Positions 52,719-62,377 of a stretch of DNA of 64,000 bases are shown here, piece by piece (the first letter of the stretch is position 1; each line of letters begins with the position of its first letter). The notes below the pieces were generated by a model that was given only the letters and a program-made list of their open reading frames with translations, did no database searches and was not told where the DNA came from. Source of the stretch: Candidatus Latescibacterota bacterium (lineage in GTDB: Bacteria; Latescibacterota; UBA2968; SICM01); NCBI GenBank assembly GCA_965217865.1, contig CBDCJO010000002.1, positions 1,792,001 through 1,856,000 of the forward strand. The letters are read 5' to 3'. The position numbers and the translations under genes were made by a program.

Positions 52719-53060
52719 TTTGCGGGGGTTGCGGGAGTCGTTTCTGGATATCGCGGGGGTTGCCCCTGCACGGTAAATTCTTACAATAAAACGTGTTAGG
52801 ACCGTTTGCGGGGGTTGCGGGGTAAATCCAGAGGTCCTACCCCCTATAAAGACAAGAAAAAACGTCACTCCCATCTCACAGGGCCGAGCCCTAAAAAAAA
52901 TGGCTGTACACATAAGAGATTTTCCCCCGTTACTGCCGCAACCCCCGCAACCACTCTTTCTCATATTCATAAATATATGAAACATCAAATACTTACTTCT
53001 TACTCCGTCTTGCGGGGGTAAGCGAAATCTACCCCCGCACAACCCCCGCAACCCCCGCAA
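52719..53060. repeat. Iteron-like TTGCGGGGG/CCCCCGCAA cluster; putative replication origin
   Basis: About ten direct and inverted copies around AT-rich spacers. Confidence 0.65.
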
Positions 53061-53118
53061 GAGCCAAGGCACCGCACCGCGATAACGGCGGAATGCGTTC
53101 AGCGCCGCGCGATTGCAG

Positions 53119-53149
53119 CCGACATTGCGGCCGTCTCTACGGTAGGTAA
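53119..53149 (+). promoter_or_regulatory. Element motif copy 3
   Basis: CCGAC-N15-ACGGTAGGTAA. Confidence 0.6.
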
Positions 53150-53289
53150 ACGTGAACGACGATCCGTTCCAAACCGCCGGACCGAGACTCCATGAGCCTG
53201 CTGAAAATGCTGAACGACTGCACCGGGAAGGACGAGTGCCTGTGTTGCGCCTCTGCCTCCAGGCGCCTTACAACCCCCCGTGACGCAGG

Positions 53290-53586
53290 TTGGACGTACC
53301 CTGCGGATGCCGCCTGGAAGCATTGGTGACCGGTGACCCCATCCGCGACCAGGCGCTCGCCCTCGGATGGAGCGAGGCCCAGCTCTACCGGAACCGGGGA
53401 CGGTTCCGTTTTCCCTGCGGACAGGACTGCGGCCTCGTCTGCTTCCTGGAGAAGGACAAGCGCATCGGCGAGGTGAACCGCCGGTCCATCGAGATCGTCG
53501 GCCCGCAGCCCCAGGAGAACCGTCTGCGCTTCCACAACCCGGACCAGGATCAACCATGGCTGAAGACAACGACACGCGACGCCTGA
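53290..53586 (+). CDS. Hypothetical protein (5' end probably damaged)
   Basis: IRDQALALGWSEAQLY...GLVCFL. Confidence 0.5.
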   Translation: MDVPCGCRLEALVTGDPIRDQALALGWSEAQLYRNRGRFRFPCGQDCGLVCFLEKDKRIGEVNRRSIEIVGPQPQENRLRFHNPDQDQPWLKTTTRDA

Positions 53587-53849
53587 GCCGCCGATACGCC
53601 AACGCCATGGACGTTCTGCCGCCGGACCTGCTCCGCGCGGTTCAGCAGCACTTCACGGGCCTGCTGTGGGTGCCGGCCGATACGCACTTCTACGAGACGC
53701 GCCGCAAGCTCGTGCTGGCCCTCAGGGATCAGAGCGTCCATACACGGGAGATCGCCCAGTTGGCCGGCGTCACGCCGCGCCGCGTGCGTCAGATCCTGGC
53801 CAGGGCCCGCGGCGCATCGGAGCCGACACATCCCGGCGACTGCCGGTAG
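53556..53849 (+). CDS. Mor/CD3324-like HTH regulator
   Basis: YANAMDVLPPDLLRAVQQHF.GLLWVP; EIAQLAGVTPRRVRQIL. Confidence 0.65.
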   Translation: MAEDNDTRRLSRRYANAMDVLPPDLLRAVQQHFTGLLWVPADTHFYETRRKLVLALRDQSVHTREIAQLAGVTPRRVRQILARARGASEPTHPGDCR

Positions 53850-53853
53850 GTAA
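53823..53853 (+). promoter_or_regulatory. Element motif copy 4, upstream of the terS-like and ParB-MTase genes
   Basis: CCGAC-N15-CCGGTAGGTAA. Confidence 0.6.
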
Positions 53854-53945
53854 CCGATGGGCCGTCCCGCATGGGGACGGAATCCACGCCCGGCGAATCG
53901 TGTTCAGGGACGAGCGGCCGGGGGAAACGATAGGAGGGGAACACC

Positions 53946-54362
53946 ATGCCGCAGAACCCGACGCTGGAGGAGCGGCGCCTGATGACGTTGCGCCTGCGCA
54001 TCGCGGGCTGGAGCTATCGCGAAATCGCGACACGGGTCGGGGTGTCCCCGACGCAGGTCTTCCGCGACATCGGGCGCGTGTGCGACCGGCTGCGAAAGGA
54101 GCAGTACGCGGTCGCGGCACGGCTGCGCACGCAGACGGCGATGGCCCTCGAAGAGAAGCTCACGCGATGGTGGACGCGGGCCGATGTCGACCCGGTCGCC
54201 CTCGACAAGGTGATCAAGCTGCTGGCCGAGCGCAGCAGGCTCTTCGGCCTGTACGCGCCCGCGCAGCAGCAGGTGGACCTGCAGGATCGCGAGCCGGCGG
54301 AGATCAACATACACTTCGGCGACCCCCCCGGCCAAGCGGAAGAGGACGCCCATGGCGCGTGA
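53946..54362 (+). CDS. HTH protein, small-terminase-like (paralog 2)
   Basis: GWSYREIA.RVGVS..QVFRDI; ALDKVIKLLAERSRLFGL.AP. Confidence 0.55.
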   Translation: MPQNPTLEERRLMTLRLRIAGWSYREIATRVGVSPTQVFRDIGRVCDRLRKEQYAVAARLRTQTAMALEEKLTRWWTRADVDPVALDKVIKLLAERSRLFGLYAPAQQQVDLQDREPAEINIHFGDPPGQAEEDAHGA

Positions 54363-55542
54363 TCGCGTAGTAAAGCTGCGGCGGGTCCGGGCCGGAGACC
54401 TGCAACCCGACCCGCGCAACTGGAGGCGGCATCCTCCCGGGCAGCGTACGGCGCTGTCCCGGATGCTCGACCGCCTCGGCCATGTCGATGCGGTGATTGC
54501 CCGGGAGACCCCGGACGGCCTGGTCCTGATCGATGGCCACCTGCGGGCGGAGCTGTCTCCCGACGCCCGGATACCCGTCCTCGTCGTCGACCTGGACCAC
54601 GCGGAGGCGGGAGAGGTGCTGGCCACCCTCGACCCCCTCGCGGCCATGGCCGAGGCGGACCGCGACGCCCTCGCCCGGCTGCTCTCCGATCTCGACGCGC
54701 CTCCGCCCATCGACCTCGGGAAGATGTACGCGCTCGCTCCGGAGCAGGCGGAGCTGAAGCCGGCGGACGTCGAGCCGGTCCTCCCGAGCGAGCCGGTGTC
54801 CCGATGCGGGGACCTCTGGCTGCTGGGACGCCACCGGCTCATGTGCGGCGACGCGACCGAGCGCGGCCACGTCACCCGTCTTCTCGACGGCGCACAGCCG
54901 TCCCTGATGGTCACCGACCCGCCCTATGGGGTGGCCTATGACGCGTCGTGGCGCAAGGAGGCCTTCGGCTTCAGCGGAGGACGCCTCGGCAAAGTCCGCA
55001 ACGACGCCGATCCGGCCTACTGGGCCGCGGCCCTCGAAGCATACAGGAGTCCCGTGACGTACGTATGGTCTCCCTCGGGGGAAAACGTGCTGGTCTTCGG
55101 CAGCATCCTCCAGGCGGCGGGCTATGGCCTGCGAAACCAGATCATCTGGCGCAAGCCCAAAATGGTGATCAGTCGAGGGCATTACCACTGGCAGCACGAG
55201 TGTCTCTGGTATGGGGTCCTCAACGGAAAGACGGCCGGATGGCGTGGAGACAGGAGTCAGACGACGGTGTGGGACGTCACATGGGACCGCAATGTCGAGG
55301 GCGGGCACTCGACACAGAAGCCCGTGGAGTGTATGGAGCGCCCCATACGCAACCACGAGGGCGACGTCTACGACCCCTTCGTGGGCTCCGGCACCAGCAT
55401 CATCGCCGCCGAGCGCCAGAACCGCACCTGTTACGCTATGGAGATAGACCCCGCCTATGTCGACGCCGCGGTCACCCGATGGGAGACCTACACGGGAGGC
55501 GCGGCGGCAAAGGACGGAAAACGTGGAAATGACGGCGGATAA
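54352..55542 (+). CDS. ParB-like domain fused to phage-type N6/N4 DNA methyltransferase
   Basis: PRNWRRH, LIDGHLR, GRHRLMCGD, TDPPY, HSTQKP, DPFVGSG. Confidence 0.88.
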   Translation: MARDRVVKLRRVRAGDLQPDPRNWRRHPPGQRTALSRMLDRLGHVDAVIARETPDGLVLIDGHLRAELSPDARIPVLVVDLDHAEAGEVLATLDPLAAMAEADRDALARLLSDLDAPPPIDLGKMYALAPEQAELKPADVEPVLPSEPVSRCGDLWLLGRHRLMCGDATERGHVTRLLDGAQPSLMVTDPPYGVAYDASWRKEAFGFSGGRLGKVRNDADPAYWAAALEAYRSPVTYVWSPSGENVLVFGSILQAAGYGLRNQIIWRKPKMVISRGHYHWQHECLWYGVLNGKTAGWRGDRSQTTVWDVTWDRNVEGGHSTQKPVECMERPIRNHEGDVYDPFVGSGTSIIAAERQNRTCYAMEIDPAYVDAAVTRWETYTGGAAAKDGKRGNDGG

Positions 55543-55846
55543 CACCGTGGCCGCTTGCGGCGTGGTCCCCGAACGACGGGGGTTTGCGCCGCTTCGGCAA
55601 GCCGGAATGTCCGATAAGACGTGTTCCCGGACGTTCCGTAACCCACCCCGGGCGGTAAGAATGCGTCAATCCATCCTTCCGACTGCCATCCCAAAGCTCC
55701 GGCACTCCCCGGATCGTTTCCCGGTGATTGCCGTCAAGGACGGGACGGTCAGGGGACTGTCTCCGGCCTCTGTGCGTGGCCTGTCCCGGGGCGGGAACGG
55801 AAAAGCGGCCCTTGCGGGGACCGCTCTTTCCCAGCGCCGCGCGGAC

Positions 55847-56788
55847 TCAGAGCCGTTCGATGGCGTCCTCGAGGGCGTCGTCGACCAGGTGGGTGTAGAT
55901 CTGGGTGGTCGACAGGTCCCGGTGACCCAGCGCCCGCTGGACCACCAGGATGTCGCCGGTGCGGCTGTAGAGGTGGGTGGCGAAGGTGTGCCGCAGGGCG
56001 TGCGGGCTGAGCTTCTTGTCGATCCGCGCGGCCCGCAGCCAGTGATCGAGCCGCCTGGCCACCTGGCGATCCGACAGCCGCGTATCGCGGTTGGACAGGA
56101 ACAACGCCCGGCATTCACCGTGGCCGCGGCTGCGGCGCGCCTTCAAGTAGCTGCGCAGGAGGGAGCGCAGCGTGGACTTCAGGAACTTCACCTGCGGGAC
56201 GCCGCCCTTGGCCCGGATACGGAGATGCCTGGCGTCGAGGTCTACGTCGTCGACGTTCAGGTCGACCAGTTCCCTCAGCCGGATGCCGGTGCCCAGGAAC
56301 AGCTCGACGATGAGCCGGTCCCGGCGCGCGAGCGCCGAGGACCTGCCCCGGAGCTCCTTGAGCAGCCGCCGCTTCTCCACCTTGGTCAGGAAGCTCGGCG
56401 TGGTGCGCGGCAGCCGCCGCAGGGTCACCGACCGGGCGGGGTTCTCCGCGACCTGTCCGGTCTCCTCCGCCCAGGCGAAGAAGGACCGGACGCCCGCCTT
56501 GAAGCGATGCAGCGACGCGGGGGACCGGGTGCCGCCCGTGGCCGAGGTCACGACCGCCGGCGAGGTCAGCGCCTCGTCGAGCAGGGCGCTGGTCACGCGC
56601 CCCAAGGTCAGGCCTGGGTGGCGCTCCGACAGGACAGCTGTCAGCTGCCGCAGGTCCCGCAGGTAAGCGCTGATGGTGTTCGGGGAGCGGCCCCCGGCGG
56701 CGAGCCTTCTAGCGAAGGCCTCGACCGTCCGCTCGAAGGGCTCAGGCCCGGGCGGCAGCTGAAGCGCGCTGTTCGCGGCGTTCGTCAT
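55847..56788 (-). CDS. XerC/D-like tyrosine recombinase
   Basis: TGIR..EL, K, HALRHTFAT, LGH, TTQIY. Confidence 0.9.
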   Translation of the reverse strand: MTNAANSALQLPPGPEPFERTVEAFARRLAAGGRSPNTISAYLRDLRQLTAVLSERHPGLTLGRVTSALLDEALTSPAVVTSATGGTRSPASLHRFKAGVRSFFAWAEETGQVAENPARSVTLRRLPRTTPSFLTKVEKRRLLKELRGRSSALARRDRLIVELFLGTGIRLRELVDLNVDDVDLDARHLRIRAKGGVPQVKFLKSTLRSLLRSYLKARRSRGHGECRALFLSNRDTRLSDRQVARRLDHWLRAARIDKKLSPHALRHTFATHLYSRTGDILVVQRALGHRDLSTTQIYTHLVDDALEDAIERL

Positions 56789-57060
56789 AGATAGCGGCCT
56801 CCTTCCTGTTTGGCGCTCCGGCCCATGGCGGCGCCCTTGGGCAGGGGCAGATTGTCGATCCGGCCGGACTCGTGGGCCCGGACCAGGAACATGCGCGGTG
56901 CCCGCCTGGTCTTATCGACCGTGGGCGGGGAGCGCTCCTTCCCGCTCGGGAGGTTGAGGAGCGCGTCGGAGCGGAGGAAACTGCCCACATGCGACGCCAG
57001 GATGCCCGTGAGCTTCCGGTCGGCGCCGAAGAAGGCTTCAATCCGCTCGAAGTCCTTACA
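56785..57060 (-). pseudogene. Small recombinase-partner gene, 5' end damaged
   Basis: KDFERIEAFFGADRKL...FL.SDALL..P..TVDKTRR; overlaps the recombinase start. Confidence 0.4.
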
Positions 57061-57669
57061 CATGCACGCTTCGTGTGCGCCGGAAGTCAAGGCGAACCAT
57101 GCCCATCCGGCAGGAAAGAGCAGGCCCCGCGCGGGCCGGGGAGGACTCTCATGAGAAAAACGGTTGAAACGATGACCCGGACGGCCCTGGTGGCGGCCCT
57201 GTCGGTCCGCTACAAAGGCGGAGATGATCGGCAACCCCGGAGAGCGGCCTGACCGAACGCATCTCTTCGCTGCAGGAAAAGCGCCAGGGCGTGATGCGCG
57301 GTCACGCCCTGGACCTGCTCGCCAATCTGGACGCCCGGTTGCGTCGGATCGAAGCCGAACTCGGGCTGTCCGCCGGGGAAGCGGAGGAGTTCCGGGCGGT
57401 CATGGCGCACATCCGCAGAGAGGCCCGGCGCATCCACGCCGGGCAGATCGCGGCGGGCATTCACGACGGCCGAGCGAATACCGCCGTTTCGTGTCCGGAC
57501 ATAAGCCCCGGTTCTTCCGCGACTTATAGCCTATAACACATAAATCCTTCTAAATCATGTTAAGGACAAGATTCGCCTTGCTTTCCGTCCGGGAACGAGC
57601 ATTCATGTGTGTGAACACAACGACCCGATTCCATTGCCGGACAAAGGATTACTGGAATCAAGGAGAACC

Positions 57670-57830
57670 ATGGGCCTGTGCGAAATCGATTTCGGGGTCG
57701 AGATAGGGACAGTCAGACGAACACGCAAACGCGTGGTGTCCAGGCCATCCAGTCGGTGGTGGGCGGCGAAGTCGTCGACGAGCGGGGGCGGACATGGCAA
57801 GGTGACTCGGCGTTCCGGAGCGGCAGACCG
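57670..57830 (+). pseudogene. Amidoligase (COOH-NH2 ligase) N-terminal remnant
   Basis: SD AGGAG, DFGVEI, then frameshifted IQSVVGG...DERGRTW. Confidence 0.5.
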
Positions 57831-57947
57831 GCGCCCGGGGACGCCACCCGCCCTCGAGGCGGAATCATCCACGGAGGCGGGGCCGCAAACCCGGCCTCCG
57901 GCTTTCGGGGAGGACGCCGACACTCAAACCGAAGGAGAAACGACGCC

Positions 57948-58439
57948 ATGAGAGTGCGGATCAAGAACACCGCCCTGGACGGCAAGCCCATCCGGGACGA
58001 AGGTGAAGTCTTCACCGGCAAGACGACCCTAGAGGTCGTCCAGGCCATGCGGGGGGCGACGCTCTTCTCCGATCAGAACACGCTCGAGGACTACGTCGAC
58101 ATGGTCCTGCGCAACGCCAGGATGCTCGCCGGCATCGACCTGGTCGTCAAAGGCGACACGCCCGAGGAGAAGGCTCGCGCCCTCCTCGCCTCCCTGATCG
58201 ATCATGGCATGGCGGAATATGTCGAGGACGAGCCGCCAGCGCCGGTCACCGTGCCCGCCGCCGTCTGGCATGGCCTGGAGGCGGTGAAGGACTCCGGAAC
58301 CACCAACATGCTCGACAGGCCCGCGGTCATCAAGATCGCCGAATTCCTCGGCTTTCACGAGACGGCGCGATGGATCGAGGGCCATCACGGGCAATATTCC
58401 GAAGGGCTGTTCCGGGGCTTCGAGGTCGACACGAACTAA
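57948..58439 (+). CDS. Hypothetical protein with DUF5049-like C-terminus
   Basis: GLEAVKDSGTTNMLDRPAV..IA...GF. Confidence 0.6.
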   Translation: MRVRIKNTALDGKPIRDEGEVFTGKTTLEVVQAMRGATLFSDQNTLEDYVDMVLRNARMLAGIDLVVKGDTPEEKARALLASLIDHGMAEYVEDEPPAPVTVPAAVWHGLEAVKDSGTTNMLDRPAVIKIAEFLGFHETARWIEGHHGQYSEGLFRGFEVDTN

Positions 58440-58450
58440 GGGAAGTTCTG

Positions 58451-59293
58451 ATGTACGGACAGGCGGGCATCATCCTGGGGGGGAAAGGCGCCGCGCCGGC
58501 GAGCGCGATCATCTCGCCTGGCTGTTCACCCGGCTCTTCGCATTCAGCGAGCGGAAGGGGCCGCACGCCACGGGCGTGGCCTGGCTCAAGCGCCACGGTC
58601 GGGCACAAGCTCTTCAAGCAGCCGGTGCGGGCCGATCGGTTCAAGAGCGACAAGGCGTTCCACGAGGTCCTGGCCGGGATCGACAACCGCACCACGCTGC
58701 TCTTGGATCACACCCGCCGGCGCACGCGCGGCGACGAGAAGATCAACGAGAACAACCGCTCGATCCGGGCCGGCGACATCCTCGGCACCTACAACGGCAC
58801 GATCTACAACGCCAACACCCTGTTCCGGCGGTTCAAGCTTCACCGCTTCGCCGAGGTGGACAGCGAACTGCTCTTCCGGCTTGCCGCCCGGGCCGGGCGA
58901 AACGGCCGGATCGATGTGGAGCGCTTCAAGGGCCGTCTCAAACTCTGCCGGGGGCAGATGGCGGCGGTCATGGCCTCGCGGCCCGATCCGGAGACCACCC
59001 TCGTGCTCAAGGGCAACAAGCCCCTCGAGCTGCGATCCTCGCCCGCGGCACCACCGACCCGTTGGCGGCCGTGGCCACACAGGCGCACCTGTCCGGTCGA
59101 GTACCCTCCCCCCGACCGGCCCCCGAAAGCGCCACAGCGGGCGCCTGGGGCGCCGTGTCCGGGGAGCTGCTCACCTTCGACGACCCTTACGCCTGCCCGC
59201 CATCGACCGCCTGGAGGGCTTCCGCCCGCGCGGTTCCAGCCTCTACCAGCGGGTGATATACGCCACGGTGAAGGGCGCTCGCGAGCTCACCTG
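58451..59293 (+). pseudogene. Class II glutamine amidotransferase remnant followed by gamma-glutamylcyclotransferase remnant
   Basis: GPHATG, HTR..TRG, NGTIYN, EVDSE; later GELLTFDDP...DRLEGFRP...LYQRV. Confidence 0.6.
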
Positions 59294-59488
59294 AGTCTAT
59301 ACGGCCGAGACGACCGGCATCAAACGGCACCGGATCGTATCCGGCAGTTGGCCGGAGTAACGGCCCATCACCCCCTCCATCACCGCAGAGCGCGCCTCTC
59401 CTGGTGCGCGCCATTCCCTCACCGCAGAGTTTTGAATTGACCACGGAAGCTAGTTTTCATATATATAGGATATAGGAGTCCGGCGAAG

Positions 59489-59716
59489 ATGGCTACTGAA
59501 GAAGGCTGGGTCGATATTGCCGAGGTCGCCGCGTATCTACAGGTGACCAAGGAATCCATATACCGGTGGGTCGACTCAAAGGGCTTTCCAGCTCGCCGGG
59601 TGGGACGGTTGCTTCGCTTCAAGCTCTCACAAGTAGACGAGTGGGTAGAGAAAGCGGAGATGATTCTGAAAGTTAGCTCATCCGGCAAGACGACTAAGAA
59701 CGAGAGTGACCAATAA
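59489..59716 (+). CDS. Excisionase-like HTH protein
   Basis: EVAAYLQV.KESIYRW...PARRVGRLLRFK.S.VDEWV. Confidence 0.85.
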   Translation: MATEEGWVDIAEVAAYLQVTKESIYRWVDSKGFPARRVGRLLRFKLSQVDEWVEKAEMILKVSSSGKTTKNESDQ

Positions 59717-59885
59717 GAATGGCTGAGAACAGGGAGACCCCATTGAGTACTGAAGTACCCATCCGCGAAGGACAAGGCCTGACCGGACCACTGTTTGGCG
59801 ATCCGTTGCCGTTAGAGACCGGCGGCTCATACGGCGTTGGCGCCTGCAACGCCTTTCTCGCGTTCGAACAGATGTGGAGAACTCG

Positions 59886-61995
59886 ATGAAAGCCACTGCG
59901 GCCACGTTTCTGGGTTTTCTCAAGAGGTCACCCCCGTTCACCATCCCGATCTATCAGCGCACTTACTCATGGACCGAGGCGCAATGCCGGCAGCTTTGGG
60001 AGGACATTCTACGAGCGGGTGCCAACAACGAGATCCCTGCCCATTTCATCGGTTCCATCGTTTATATCGAGAAAGGCCTCTATCAGGTCTCCAGTCAATC
60101 ACCGTTACTGGTCATCGATGGCCAGCAACGGCTCACGACTGTGTCACTCATCATCGCGGCTCTGGCACGGCACCTGGGCGATAGCGAACCCATTGATGGC
60201 TTCTCTGCCAAGAAACTTCGCCATTACTACCTGCTTAACCCATTGGAGGACGGTAAACAGCGATACAAGCTGCTGTTGACGCAGACCGACGAGCAGACCC
60301 TCCAGGCGATTGTGGACCAGAAGCCGCTTCCAACCCAGTCATCGTTACGCGTGCGGGAGAACTTCGGCTTTTTCAAGGAGCGAGTGACGGCACTGGGCGA
60401 AGACCTCGTTCCGTTTTGCAAGGGGCTGGAGAAGCTGATGATGGTGGACATCTCGCTGAGCCGAGAGCAGGATAATCCCCAGTTGATCTTCGAGAGCATG
60501 AACTCGACCGGACTTGAGCTCAGTCAAGCCGATCTAATTCGCAACTTCGTGTTGATGGGCCTCGAGCCCGACCGCCAGATGAGACTCTACACCGAACACT
60601 GGCGACCTATGGAGCTGGCCTTTGGCCAGGCCGCCTATGGAAAGCACTTCGACGGCTTCATGCGGCGCTACCTGACCTTCAAGACCGGTGACATCCCCAA
60701 CGTCAGCCAGGTCTACGAAACATTCAAATCCTATGCCCATAGGGCGGAAACTGCATCAAATGGCGTGGAAACACTTGTGGCCGATCTCCATAAGTTTGCC
60801 GACCACTACTGCGCCATGGCCCTCGGGAGGGAGTCGGAACAGCGTCTCGATGTGGCCTTCCGCGACCTACGCGACCTGAAGGTAGATGTTGCGTACCCAC
60901 TTCTGCTCGAACTGTACGACGATTACTCCAGTGGCAAGTTGTCATGTAAAGATCTGGTCGAGGCCGTCCGACTCGTCGAAAGCTACGTCTTCCGACGAGC
61001 TGTCTGCGCCTTCCCTACAAACTCGCTGAACAAGACGTTTGCTACGTTCGGTCGGTCGCTGAAGAAGGAGCGATATCTGGAGAGTATTCTCGCCCACTTC
61101 CTGCAATTGCCATCCTACCGCCGATTTCCGGGCGACGACGAGTTCCAACATGAGATCAAGGCGCGCGACCTCTACAACTTTCGCAGTCGCAGCTATTGGT
61201 TGCGGAGATTGGAGAATCATGACCGAAAAGAACTCGTTTCCGTCGACGAATACACCATCGAGCACATTTTGCCCCAGAACGAGCACCTGTCGAAGGCTTG
61301 GCAGGACGCCCTTGGTGGGCAACTGGCAGCGGGTCCAGAAAACATACTTGCATACCCTCGGCAATCTAACCCTGACTGCCTACAACGCCGAATACAGCGA
61401 TCATCCGTTCAAAAAAAAGTGCGATATGAAGGGAGGCTTCCGGGAAAGCCCACTCCGAATTAACAGAGGCCTGGATGACGTTGATTCCTGGAACGAGGCA
61501 GCTATCCGCGAACGGGCCGAACGCCTCGCCCGTATGGCGGTCGACGTGTGGAAAGGCCCGTCGCTGAGCTTGGACGTGCTAGACACATATGGGGTCAAGG
61601 AGGAAAGGAAGGGGAGGGCGTACTCGATTGCGGATCACCCGTACCTCGAGGAGCGAAGCCCCATGCGTGAACTCTTTGAATTGTTCCGCAAAGAAGTGCT
61701 AACGCTCGATCCCTGTGTCTCTGAAGAAGTCCTTAAGGTCTACATTGCCTACAAAGCCGAGACGAACTTCGTGGACATCGTGCCGCAGGCCAGACAGCTT
61801 CGCCTATCGCTAAACATGCAGTTTCACGAGTTGCAAGACTCCCGTGGCTTAGCCAAGGATGTAACGAACCTCGGCCGCTGGGGCAATGGAGACGTGGAAG
61901 TCGAGTTAAACAGGTCGGAGGAGCTGCCCTATGTGATGGGTCTGGTACGCCAAGCCCTCGAGATGCAACTGGGGAACGGAGAAAACGAGGGCTAA
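59886..61995 (+). CDS. GmrSD-like DUF262-DUF1524 protein with C-terminal extra domain (frameshift near 61315)
   Basis: IPIYQR.YSW, IDGQQRLTT, IFESMN.TG, TIEHILPQ, LGNLTL..YN. Confidence 0.88.
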
Positions 61996-62007
61996 GAGGT
62001 CCCCCAC

Positions 62008-62229
62008 ATGACTCCAGAAAAGATCACGTTGAACCAGCTGGAATCCTTCCTGCTAAAGGCCGCCGACATACTTCGAGGCAAGATGGATGCCTCCGAGTTC
62101 AAGGAGTTCATTTTCGGCATGCTTTTTCTGAAACGGATGTCCGACGAGTTCGACCGCAAGCGTGAACAACTCCGGGAGCAGAACTTCGCTCACCTAAAAG
62201 ACCAACCTGATCTACTGGCGGAACGGTGA
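62008..62229 (+). pseudogene. hsdM: Type I R-M HsdM N-terminal stub
   Basis: [34 protein letters not shown]; stops at 73 aa. Confidence 0.8.
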
Positions 62230-62377
62230 TCGATGCCTGGATCGAGGTGAAGAGCAATGCCGCTGGCGTTCAATCGGACAACGATGACGTGAAGCCGTCG
62301 CGCTCCAGCCGGGAGAATTGATCAATTCGAATGGACTCGGCCTTTACCTCAGTGAATCTGGAGATCGAAAAGCCGCG

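Noticed and set aside
636-61995. Many frameshifts (sigma, nucleotidyltransferase, amidohydrolase, response regulator, YceI, aminotransferase, FliK, LexA, GmrSD) as programmed frameshifting or mass pseudogenisation
   Set aside because: They are single-base shifts in unrelated, otherwise intact genes with no shared slippery motif; sequencing or assembly indels are more likely
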